Virus record (IMG/VR): IMGVR_UViG_3300031760_000017
Source of the DNA: a virus
DNA: 64,000 bases
Strand: one strand, 5' to 3'
Below are positions 1-8,912 of this stretch, in pieces (the first letter of the stretch is position 1; every line of letters begins with the position of its first letter). Both the position numbers and the translations under genes were made by a program. Under the pieces are notes generated by a model. The model saw nothing but the letters and a program-made list of their open reading frames with translations. It did not search any database and had not been told where the DNA came from.

Positions 1-252
1 GAGAAAAAAAGAATTGCTAATTCAAAAGTTAGGTCAACTCTGAAAAAATTAGACCATAATTTTTCTTCACATGGTGCATATAAAAAAATGTATGGACAAT
101 GGGAGATTTGTGATTGGTATTTCTTAGAATCTTGGAAAGAATATTGGGAATGTGAGAAAAGAGCATATAAAAGATTTCCTGAAGTTTATAAAAAACCTTT
201 AAATAAAAAAGAAGCTTATAGAGCTTGGTATAAAGACTATAAAATGAAATAA
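1..252 (+). CDS. C-terminal fragment of a hypothetical protein (...HGAYKKMYGQWEICDWYFLESWKEYWECEKSIYKRFPEVYKKPLNKKEAYRAWYKDYKMK*)
   Basis: Open frame 1 from the window edge to TAA 250-252. Confidence 0.6.
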   Translation, partial: EKKRIANSKVRSTLKKLDHNFSSHGAYKKMYGQWEICDWYFLESWKEYWECEKRAYKRFPEVYKKPLNKKEAYRAWYKDYKMK

Positions 253-264
253 AATATATATAAA

Positions 265-386
265 GGCATATACAGCAAATTCTCTTTAAGAGATGTGTTG
301 GTTCAAATCCAACATTTGCCGCATGGGCAGATTGGCGCAATGGTTGACGCAAGTGACTCGTAATCACTCTATCTTATTAATATGCC
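265..386 (+). tRNA. Candidate circularly permuted tRNA-Thr(CGU): 3' half (T-arm + 3' acceptor, 297-323) precedes 5' half (5' acceptor + D-arm + anticodon arm, 326-368)
   Basis: T-arm GTTGG-TTCAAAT-CCAAC (297-313), 3' acceptor ATTTGCC (314-320), then 5' acceptor GGCAGAT (326-332; 7/7 pairs with ATTTGCC including one G-U), D-arm GCG..CGC with GG in the loop, anticodon arm AGTGA-CTCGTAA-TCACT (352-368). Flanks GGCATAT (265-271) and ATATGCC (380-386) are perfectly complementary. Confidence 0.72.
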
Positions 387-395
387 TTGTTTTAA

Positions 396-467
396 TGGGG
401 TGTCGCCAAGCGGTAAGGCATAGCACTTTGACTGCTACACACGTTGGTTCGATCCCAACCACCCCAG
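396..467 (+). tRNA. tRNA-Gln(UUG)
   Basis: Acceptor TGGGGTG/CACCCCA, anticodon arm TAGCA-CTTTGAC-TGCTA, T-arm GTTGG-TTCGATC-CCAAC. Confidence 0.93.
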
Positions 468-478
468 CTAAAATTGAA

Positions 479-946
479 TGTAGTATAATGTGAATATAGA
501 CGGCGTGTGCGTGCCTAAGCTCTAAAATCGTCGTGAGGAGCCCTCATGGTAACTGCTTCTATAGCTGAAGGTGCCTACTACATCTATTACAATAAGGTCT
601 AGTCAGCCTGTACACAATGGTGAAATGATATATCCGTGTACCGTACTAAAACGTATTAGGTATTGTAATGGCGTTATGGTTCTACCAATACGTTAAATTG
701 GGGAAATGCAAATGGAACTATTTATTATTAGTTGATTCGTTTAACTTAATAAAATCAATCTTTTTTAAGCAATAGTGCATTATTGCTAATGAACGAATCG
801 TGTATAAAAAAGATTGGATTTTAGAACGATTATATGTTGATTGTTTATTAGAAGATGAGGTGCGGAAGCGGGGGCAACGCAGTACCCATAAATGAATGTC
901 TCGGCGTTGAGTAGTCAACTATTAAACAATAAATGTAGAAATCGTT
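479..946 (+). ncRNA. Large structured noncoding RNA region between tRNA-Gln and tRNA-Gly with two apparent pseudoknots
   Basis: Perfect or near-perfect long-range helices: TGTAGTA/TACTACA (479-485/576-582), ATTACAATA/TATTGTAAT (586-594/661-669) interleaved with AACGTATT/AATACGTT (650-657/687-694); GATTCGTT/AACGAATC (734-741/792-799) interleaved with AAAATCAATCTTTTTT/AAAAAAGATTGGATTTT (751-766/806-822); hairpin AGCAATA..TATTGCT (768-787); AACGATT/AATCGTT (825-831/940-946). No convincing CDS. Confidence 0.7.
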
Positions 947-948
947 TC

Positions 949-1020
949 GCGGGTATCGTATATCGGTTAGTATATTAGCCTTCCAAGCTAAGGGGGTGGG
1001 TTCGATTCCCATTACCCGCT
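949..1020 (+). tRNA. tRNA-Gly(UCC)
   Basis: Acceptor GCGGGTA/TACCCGC, anticodon arm TTAGC-CTTCCAA-GCTAA, T-arm with GGTTCGATTCC. Confidence 0.93.
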
Positions 1021-1050
1021 TAACTCACAAAAGTGAGTAAAGATAAAAAT

Positions 1051-1156
1051 GTGCGGTGGTGGAATAAGTAGACACAGACTATATGAAAAGCGAGGTAGCA
1101 TCTGACTCACACAAATTCTCGCGGAGTCATGTGAGGTGTAAATCCTCACCCGCACA
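1051..1156 (+). tRNA. Atypical class II-like tRNA (Leu-like D-arm) with an irregular anticodon region and long variable-region insertion
   Basis: Acceptor GTGCGG/CCGCAC, D-arm TGGTGGAATAAGTAGACAC, T-arm TGAGG-TGTAAAT-CCTCA. Between them: CAGACTA..TAGCATCTG and GACTC..GAGTC helices instead of a standard anticodon arm. Confidence 0.55.
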
Positions 1157-1164
1157 TTCTTTAT

Positions 1165-1234
1165 ACTTGTAGCTCAGACGGAGAGAGCATCGTCCTTCTA
1201 AGTCGAAAGTCGAGGGTTCGAGTCCCCCCAAGTA
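1165..1234 (+). tRNA. tRNA-Arg(UCU)
   Basis: Anticodon loop CTTCTAA, D-arm TAGCTCAGACGGAGAGAGCA, T-arm GGGTTCGAGTCCC, 5' ACTTG / 3' CAAGT. Confidence 0.85.
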
Positions 1235-1240
1235 TATAAT

Positions 1241-1313
1241 AGACATATACAGCAAATTTTTTCAAGAATAAGAAATAGACTTTTAATCTATAATTCTAAC
1301 TCAAAGTATGTCT
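1241..1313 (+). ncRNA. tRNA-like or Y-RNA-like structured element sharing its leader motif with the permuted tRNA
   Basis: Closing helix AGACATA/TATGTCT (1241-1247/1307-1313), motif CATATACAGCAAATT identical to that at 267-281, hairpin ATTTTTT-CAAGAAT-AAGAAAT, anticodon-arm-like hairpin ATAGA-CTTTTAA-TCTAT. No T-arm. Confidence 0.5.
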
Positions 1314-1323
1314 AGTTTTAATT

Positions 1324-1395
1324 GAGCCAATAGCCAAAGGGTTAAGGCAGAGGGCCGCAACCCCTCGATTATAAGTTCAAATCTTATTTGGCTCT
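1324..1395 (+). tRNA. tRNA-Cys(GCA)
   Basis: Acceptor GAGCCAA/TTGGCTC, anticodon arm GAGGG-CCGCAAC-CCCTC (unusual C33), T-arm ATAAG-TTCAAAT-CTTAT. Confidence 0.85.
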
Positions 1396-1490
1396 TATTG
1401 ATTTTTTATAAAATTTTTAGTATAATATATACATAAGGTTATGAAAATAACCTCAAACAAAGTTTGAAAAGAGATAAAAGGAGAACAATT

Positions 1491-3014
1491 ATGAATACTT
1501 TTCTTAATCAGATGGTAAGAGACAATAACATTACTCGTACAGAGAACGGTGGTGTAACTCGCAAGACAACAGAATCTAAGGTGCTTGATATGTTTGCGGT
1601 TGGCGGTGCTTATAGAAACCGTTCTGATGCAGATGTTATTCTTCTATTTAAGAACGCATTTGAGGAAAACCGTGAACTTGCTATGAAGTGTCTTTTCTAT
1701 CTTCGTGATGTTCGTGGTGGACAGGGTGAAAGACGTTTCTTCAGAACAGCTTTCCGCTGGCTTTGCGATAAGCATCCAGAAGTAGCAAAGAGAAATCTTA
1801 ATAATGTAAGTGAGTATGGTCGATGGGATGATCTTATTTATGTAGCTGAAGACACTAAGTGCCAGACTGCCGCATTTAATATCATTAAGCATCAGCTTGC
1901 TCTTGATGTTCAGTGCAAGACTCCATCTCTGCTTGCTAAGTGGCTGCCTTCTCAGAATGCTTCTAATAAAGATACTAAGCGTCTTGGTCATGTGCTTGCA
2001 AATTATCTTCATATGACAAACAAGGAATATCGTAAGACTCTTTCAGTACTGCGTGAGCGCATCAACGTTCTTGAACGCCTGATGAGTGCAAACCGTTGGG
2101 ATGAAATCGAGTTTGATAAGATTCCTTCAAGAGCTGGTATTATTTATCGTAATGCATTTGCTCGTCGCGACATTCTTGCCAAGAGATATGAAGCATTTGC
2201 TAAGAGTTCAGAAACCAAGGTAAATGCAGAAGCTCTGTACCCGCATGATATTGCACATAGAGCTTTTGATTATGGAATGAAGCGAGCTGACATTAATGCT
2301 CCTGAGCGTCTCATGCTTCAGAAGTATTGGGATAACCTTAAGGATTTCTATAATGGAAGAGAAGAGAATGGCATTGCGGTAGTTGATGTTTCTGGTTCTA
2401 TGAGTGGTATTCCTATGGAAGCCGCAGTTTCTATGGGAGCCTATATCGCAGATAAGGCTCACGGACCATTTGCTAATCACTTTATTACTTTCTCAGCTAA
2501 CCCTGAGCTAGTAAGATTTGAAGGTGTTGACATTGTTGATAAGTTCAATCGTTGTGTAAAGGCAAATTGGGGTATGAATACTAACGTTGCGGCGGTATTT
2601 GATATGCTTCTAAATACAGCTAAGAAGAAGCATGTAAAGGTTGAAGATATGCCTACTCGAATTTATATCTTCTCAGATATGGAATTTGATAAGTGCATGA
2701 CTCTTGATCCTAATTACCATGATGAATGGGGTTGGGGTTGGCATTCATGCAAGCATCCTTCTTCAACTAAGGAAGTAAATTCTGACCTTGAGAAGATCAA
2801 GAGAAAGTGGAGTGCTGCTGGTTATCAGATGCCTTCTGTAATCTTCTGGAATCTCAACGCTAGAAATAATCGTATTCCTGCTATCGGCGATGGTTTCAGT
2901 TATGTGAGTGGATTCTCTCCTTCCATGATTGATTCTATCCTTAGCGGTAAGGACGGTTATGACCTCATGCTTGATAAGCTCATGTCTAAGCGTTATGCGG
3001 CGGTTGTTGCATAA
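1491..3014 (+). CDS. DUF2828/TROVE-like protein with VWA domain
   Basis: N-terminal helical repeats (FYLRDVRGGQGERRFFRTAFRWL..VSEYGRWDDLI), C-terminal VWA with MIDAS 'VVDVSGSMSG' and 'FSDMEFD'. RBS AAAGGAG upstream of ATG 1491; the ORF track starts earlier at a TTG. Confidence 0.85.
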   Translation: MNTFLNQMVRDNNITRTENGGVTRKTTESKVLDMFAVGGAYRNRSDADVILLFKNAFEENRELAMKCLFYLRDVRGGQGERRFFRTAFRWLCDKHPEVAKRNLNNVSEYGRWDDLIYVAEDTKCQTAAFNIIKHQLALDVQCKTPSLLAKWLPSQNASNKDTKRLGHVLANYLHMTNKEYRKTLSVLRERINVLERLMSANRWDEIEFDKIPSRAGIIYRNAFARRDILAKRYEAFAKSSETKVNAEALYPHDIAHRAFDYGMKRADINAPERLMLQKYWDNLKDFYNGREENGIAVVDVSGSMSGIPMEAAVSMGAYIADKAHGPFANHFITFSANPELVRFEGVDIVDKFNRCVKANWGMNTNVAAVFDMLLNTAKKKHVKVEDMPTRIYIFSDMEFDKCMTLDPNYHDEWGWGWHSCKHPSSTKEVNSDLEKIKRKWSAAGYQMPSVIFWNLNARNNRIPAIGDGFSYVSGFSPSMIDSILSGKDGYDLMLDKLMSKRYAAVVA

Positions 3015-3102
3015 CTTCTATATATAAGGCACGCAGAAATGCGTGCCTTTCTTTTTTTTATATAAAGAAAAAATCTTAGAACCTGGTTAAATGGTTTTTT
3101 AA

Positions 3103-3175
3103 ATGGCTCGGCACGCAGACACTCGTATCTCAGAAACGAAAAGCTGGTTTGGATTTTTTATTTTGCATTTCTTGG
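3103..3175 (+). ncRNA. Copy A of a conserved intergenic RNA motif (ATGGCTCGGCACGCAGACACTCGTATC...)
   Basis: Near-identical to copy B at 60205-60278, in an intergenic region downstream of a stop codon. Confidence 0.55.
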
Positions 3176-3261
3176 GCAGGAATAAATAAATTAATTTTTC
3201 TAATTTTAATATATAATTAGTGAAAAAATAATTTTTAGCAGGAGGAGCATTATAAAAAACT

Positions 3262-3747
3262 ATGGCAGTATTATTAGAACATTATTCTTTATCTGAAATT
3301 TTTATGTTTACTGTCCTTTTAGCTTTAGCTATAAAAAGTTTAGTATCTTTTTTTGATTGGGCCTATACTTATCTTAAAAAATTCTTTAACAAAGAATATA
3401 AAGAGACTGATGAAAAAAAGGACTTAGAAAAAAGATTACAACATGGCAGCTGGGTTATGACAACTTTACAAACAAATCAAGATATAACTGATCAATATTT
3501 AAAAGAGCTATCTGCAAAGATAGATATGTTAATAGATTCAGATAAAGATGCTATAAAATCTTACATAACAAGCAAGCATCATTACTTTTGTTATTAGGTT
3601 GGATGGATTGATGATTTTAGTTTAGATTGTTTAGAAAAACGTTATTTGCATTATGCAAAAGAAGGAGGAAACTCTTTTATTGAAGGTTTTATGAATGATT
3701 TAAGAAATTTACCAAAAAAACCGCCAACAAATAGTGATAAACATTAA
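3262..3747 (+). CDS. Hypothetical protein with N-terminal transmembrane segment (1 internal TAG)
   Basis: ORF 3262-3597 continues in frame past TAG (...HHYFCY-Q-VGWIDDFSLDCLEKRYLHYAKEGGNSF...KH*) to TAA 3745-3747. Confidence 0.6.
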
Positions 3748-3778
3748 AAAATAAAAAGAGATAAAAGGAGTGTTATAA

Positions 3779-5752
3779 GTGGCTTATTTATCAGGTTTAT
3801 ATCCCCCAGTTATTCCAGATGGGTATCCAGCAATGTTACAATAGGGGGAAACAATAGATTCTAAAAAATATTATAAAATATATTTCTCAATACCCAAATT
3901 AAATTCAATTAATAGCATAGATTTAAGATTTATGCAAATATCAATTAGAAAACAATCTACAAATATTTCTGTTTTAGATAAAACTAAATATTTTTCTGAA
4001 ATATTATTAACAGAAGGTTTTTTAGATAATACTAAATCATCAAATGATTATAATTATTATATATTAGTTCCATTAACTGTTTTTGAAAATAATAAGCTTA
4101 ATATAAATTAGTTATATAAAATTCAATTAAGATTTTGTGCAAAAAATTCTAGTATTCAAGAACCAACTTCTTATAGCGGTTCTGCGCTCTCTGTTTGGTT
4201 AAATACATATAATAATAGATTTTCATAGTGGTCAAGAGTTAGCTTGATAAAAGTAATATCAAAACCTACTTTAAATATAAATGGATTAAATGCTGCTTCT
4301 AACTCTCGAATTACTACATCTTTATTTGAAGTTATTGGCTTATTAAGTTTTACTAATTCATCTGAAAGTGAAATTCTAAAAAGTTATCAAATATTTTTAA
4401 AAGATGCTAGTAAAAAAATAATTTTACATCAATCTGATATTATTTATTCAAATAATCTTAATAATCCTAATTAGATTAATTATGCTATTCCATATGAAAT
4501 GTCAGATAGATTAAATTATTATATTACTATACATTATACTACTAATAATCTATATGAAAATACTGTTAATTATCAAATTAATACATATTTTACAAACACT
4601 ACTATAAATCCTCTAAATGTATTTTCTGCAATAGGGAATGAAGAAGATGGATATATAAAACTTACTATAAAAAGCAAGGGCGTTAATTTATATTCTAACA
4701 ATAATATAAAACCATTAGAATTAATTATTAAAAGATCTTCTTCAAAAACTAATTTTACTATATGGGAAGATTGGAAGATTTTTTCTTATACTGAAAAGTA
4801 TATAGATAAATAGTTTTATGATATGACAATAGAAAGCGGAATTTGGTACAAATATGGCTTGCAAATGCGCGGGACTGATTCAAATGGGCGTATAGTAAGA
4901 ACTAATATGCAGTCAATGAACAAACCTGCAATGTGTATTTTTGACAATATGTATTTAACAACAAAAGATAAACAACTAAAAATAAAATTTAACCCCGCAA
5001 TTAGCCAATTAAAATATAATGTATTAGAATCTCAACAAAATACTTTAGGAAGTCAATTTCCATATATTACTAGAAATGGAAATAATTATTATAGAACTTT
5101 TTCTATTGGCGGAATTATATCTGCTTTATCTGAAATTTTACATGAAGATAACTTATATATTTAGACAAGTTTTGAAACTAAAAACTATTGGGAAAAACCT
5201 TATTCTGTTGCGGGAGTTCTTAATAAAAAAGATATGTGGGGCGCTCCTTAGGAAGATATAGATTATAAGAAAAATGGTAATTCTGCAATTATCTTAGAAG
5301 GAGATCTTAATCAAAATACTGAATCAATTTTTGATAGTGTAGGTTTAAATGAGGATGATAATTTAATTCATAATACATAGATTGCGGCAAGCAATAATAC
5401 TTAGATGTTTTCTACAAAAAATAAAAGATTATTTGCTACAGATTCAGAAATTTATAATTAGCAATAGGAATTATATGAAGAATATAATTCAGAACATGGT
5501 ATAAATAAATATCAAGATTTTATTTATGAAAGAGAATTTAGAAAATTAGTTTTTGATTTTTTAAATTCAAATGAAATTAAATTATTCCGTTCAACACAAG
5601 AAGGTAATATCTTAATCAGATTAATTGGAATAAATTTTGAACCAGTTGAAGGAACAAATAGATTAGTTTATTCATTTTCCGCAACCGCAGTTGAAATAGG
5701 GGAAGATACTATTAGTAATTATAAAAAATATAATATTTTAAAGGAGGATTAA
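3779..5752 (+). CDS. Phage structural (tail/baseplate-like) protein, TAG-recoded
   Basis: GTG start after AAAGGAG. ORFs 4244-4474, 4499-4813 and 4823-5164 share one frame and are separated only by TAG; ends TAA 5750-5752. It lies directly upstream of a tail gene. Confidence 0.6.
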
Positions 5753-5755
5753 TAT

Positions 5756-7672
5756 ATGAAACATAATTTTCCATATTTACAAGATTCCTCTTTTTTAAAA
5801 TAGTTTGATTAGTTACAATTAAAAGAAAAATTCGTTAAAATTATTGTTTTAAATTTTAAAGAATAGCCAATAGCAGAAATACAAGGGCGTGTAACTGGCG
5901 GCAGTATAAATGTAGATGGATCTTCTAGTATGCGGCGAACCGCAAATCTGTCTGCTATTGTTAAATAGTAGGATTATAATATTTTAGATGTAAGAAATTT
6001 ATTATCAATTAATAAGAAAATAGAAATATTAATTGGCTTTACAAATTTAACTAATAAATATTCTGACTTTCCAATTATTTGGTTCCCTGAGGGAGTATAT
6101 TTAATTTTTTCGCCAAATATTACTCAAAGTGAGACTGGAATTAATATCTCTTTAACTTTAAGGGATAAAATGACGTTATTGAATGGAGAATGCGGCGGTT
6201 CATTTCCCGCATCAGTTACTTTTCATTAGATTGAAGATATTGATGAAAATGGAAATGTAATTATTTCTAATCCAACTATATATCAAATTATTGTTGAATT
6301 AGTAAATCATTTTGGTGAAATCCCGCTGGATAAAATTATTATAAGTGATGTTGACACTAGAATTAAACAAACAGTTCAATGGATTGGTTCTTACCCAGTT
6401 TATTTTGCTAAACATAATAATGAGTTACAAGGTTAGTTTTCTACTAATTATTTTTAGCTCAGACAAACTTTTTCAGATAATGAAATCAAAACATATAATT
6501 ATGGAGATGCTGTTGGATATGTATTAACCGATTTTATTTATCCTGGTGAATTAATAGGAAATGCTGGAGAAAATGTTGTTACTATTTTAGATAAAATAAA
6601 AAATTTACTTGGTAATTTTGAATATTTTTTTGATACAGAAGGTAATTTTCATTTTCAAGAAGTTAAAAATTATCTAAATACAACTTATCCTACAACTTTA
6701 GAAAAAGATCGAGGAAATTTAGATAATTATCTAGTAGACTATGTTGATGGCGCATCTGTATATAGTTTTGAAGATAACAAAATTATTTCATCTATTTCAG
6801 TAGCCCCTTCTTATGAACAAATTAAAAATGATTTTATTGTGTGGGGTAAAAGAACTGAATTAACTGGTGCGGAAGTTCCAATAAGGTATCATTTAGCTAT
6901 TGATAAATGTCCACGAAACAATATATTGCATCAAGGTTTTTATGAATATGTTGATCCATAGGATGATTTAACTAAATATACAAAAAAAGTAATTACTGGA
7001 CAAAACTCAATTAATATTACTTCAAGAGATTATAGAACTGAATTATATTTACAAGGAGTTGAATCTGAAAATACAGCTACCGCAAGTAATTATTATTTTA
7101 TTGAATTAAAGAATTAGTGGCCGAAAATTTATAATATAAAATAGGGAACTTTTTTAGAAGAGTCTTTTGATAATTTAGATTATTTTTTAGATATTATAGA
7201 TACTTCCGCATAGATAGGAAAATTTAGTGTTTAGAATATTGGAAGACGGACAGTAGTTATAAACGATGATTCTATTAATTGTATTTTTGAACCATAGTAT
7301 CCAGAAGTTGTTTTTATAAAAACAGTGGATCAAGATGATCAAGAGTCAAATCCTATAAGAATTGAATGTGAAAATAAAAAAATAGATTATACACAGATAA
7401 AACCAGAAATGTTTAATTTTCTTTTTCAAGGAAATCCTTATAAGTCTGCCTATGAAGAAATAAGGACAGAATTATATCAATATACAACATATAATGAACA
7501 AATAAATTTATCTATTTTACCAATTTATTATTTTGAACCAAATACAAGAATTACTGTAAAGAACAATTAGATTGGGATAGGTGGAGATTATATGATTAAC
7601 AGTTTTTCAATACCTCTTGATATAAATGGCATAATGAATTTAACTTGTATAAAAACATTAGAAAGGATATAA
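5756..7672 (+). CDS. Phage tail protein, TAG-recoded
   Basis: MKHNFPYLQDSSFLK(Q)FD(Q)LQLKEKFVKII..EIQGRVTGGSINVDGSSSMRRTANLSAIV resembles tail/baseplate proteins of Firmicutes phages; ends TAA 7670-7672. Confidence 0.6.
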
Positions 7673-7700
7673 GGTAAATGATTTTTCATTTACCTTATAT
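7667..7700. terminator. Perfect 15-bp hairpin between convergent tail gene and integrase (bidirectional terminator)
   Basis: ATATAAGGTAAATGA-TTTT-TCATTTACCTTATAT. Confidence 0.7.
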
Positions 7701-8703
7701 ATTTTTGATGATCTTGTTTAACTTTTTCATTTGAAACATGTGCATAATGTAAAGTAGTTTCAAGCTAAGAATGTCCTAATACACTTTGAATAGATTCAAT
7801 TGGCATGCCTCTGTTTATCGCAGTTGTTGCCATAGTATATCTAAAACGATGTGGAATAATATCTTCAACACCGCTATTCTAAGTTAATTGATGCAATCTT
7901 TTTCTAACTCCTGAAGTACTTAATCTATTATAAGGGAATCTTAAAGACACAAAAAGAGCTTCATTATTATCTTTTCTTTCATTTATATAGTTTTTTATAC
8001 TAACTACAGTTTTTGCATCTATATAAACAGTTCTCCATTTTCCACCTTTTCCGCAAACAATAATTTCCCTCTTATTTAAATCAACATCTTTAATATTTAA
8101 ACCTACACATTCAGAAATTCTAATACCTGATGAAATTAGTAAATCTACAATAGCAATATCTCTATTTGTTTTACAAGCTCTTCTTATCTATTCTATATCT
8201 ATATCAGTGTACTATTGCCTTGGTTTTACATTAGACTTCTATCTTCTTATTCTTACTGAAGGATCTTTCTAAATATACTCTTCTTCATATAGCCATTTAA
8301 AAAAAGATCGTATAATACTTTTTCTTTGATTTAATGTTTCAGTACTTAATGGTTTACCAGTTTTTTTATTTTTAGATATATATTGAATATATAAACGAAG
8401 ATGATTAACAGTTATTTTTTCTAAAGGTAAACTTAAATAGTTTAACATATCCTATAAACACATTTTATATTGTTCTTTACTTTTTTCTGACATTCTACCC
8501 TATTGCTCTTTTGCCGCCATATAAATATAATAAGCTTCTGGTAATTGATAATTTTCATCTTTTAAATCTACAAAATTTGGTGTGATATTATAATTAAGAG
8601 AATAAGTATTTAATATATTTTTAATTTTATCTATATCCTATCTTTTAAAAAACGGCTATATTTTTAAACAAAATCCTTCAACAAAAGATAAGTTTGAAGA
8701 CAT
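7690..8703 (-). CDS. Tyrosine recombinase / phage integrase (XerC/D-like), TAG-recoded
   Basis: Reverse-strand translation contains LLISSGIRISECVGLNIKDVD, KGGKWRTVYI, HRFRYTMATTAINRGMPIESIQSVLGHS-LETTLHYAHVS; several internal TAGs. Confidence 0.88.
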
Positions 8704-8912
8704 TAATTAATTCTCCTTTTTTTTAATATTAAAAAAAGGAGGACTATATTTAAATATATAGTCCTCCTTTACTCTTTATTTAATTTTATTTTAATTCCAT
8801 AAATAGATAACTTAAATAAAATACTATTTTATTTTTTATTTATTCACTATAATTTCATATCTTCTGTGCTTAATTAAAGTTTTTATTTAAGATCTCTAAA
8901 TGGGCGTTTAGT

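Noticed and set aside
29-493. ORFs 29-367 (-) and 293-493 (+)
   Set aside because: Overlap the tRNA/permuted tRNA region and an in-frame CDS remnant; translations look random.
500-570. Amber suppressor tRNA from CTCTAAA or TTCTATA
   Set aside because: Flanking bases do not form a 5-bp anticodon stem and no acceptor or T-arm could be assigned.
470-720. Group I intron within the 0.48-0.72 kb region (AAGGTCTAGTCAG resembles a P7/S-element)
   Set aside because: No matching upstream GACTA strand or plausible exon junction found; kept only as unspecified structured RNA.
1644-2480. Minus-strand ORFs 1644-2012 and 2208-2480
   Set aside because: Antisense shadows of the strongly supported DUF2828/VWA CDS; low-complexity translations and no RBS context.
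3262-5752. Interpreting the short consecutive ORFs as decayed pseudogenes
   Set aside because: All fragments are in one frame separated only by TAG, never TAA/TGA or frameshifts, so recoding explains them better.
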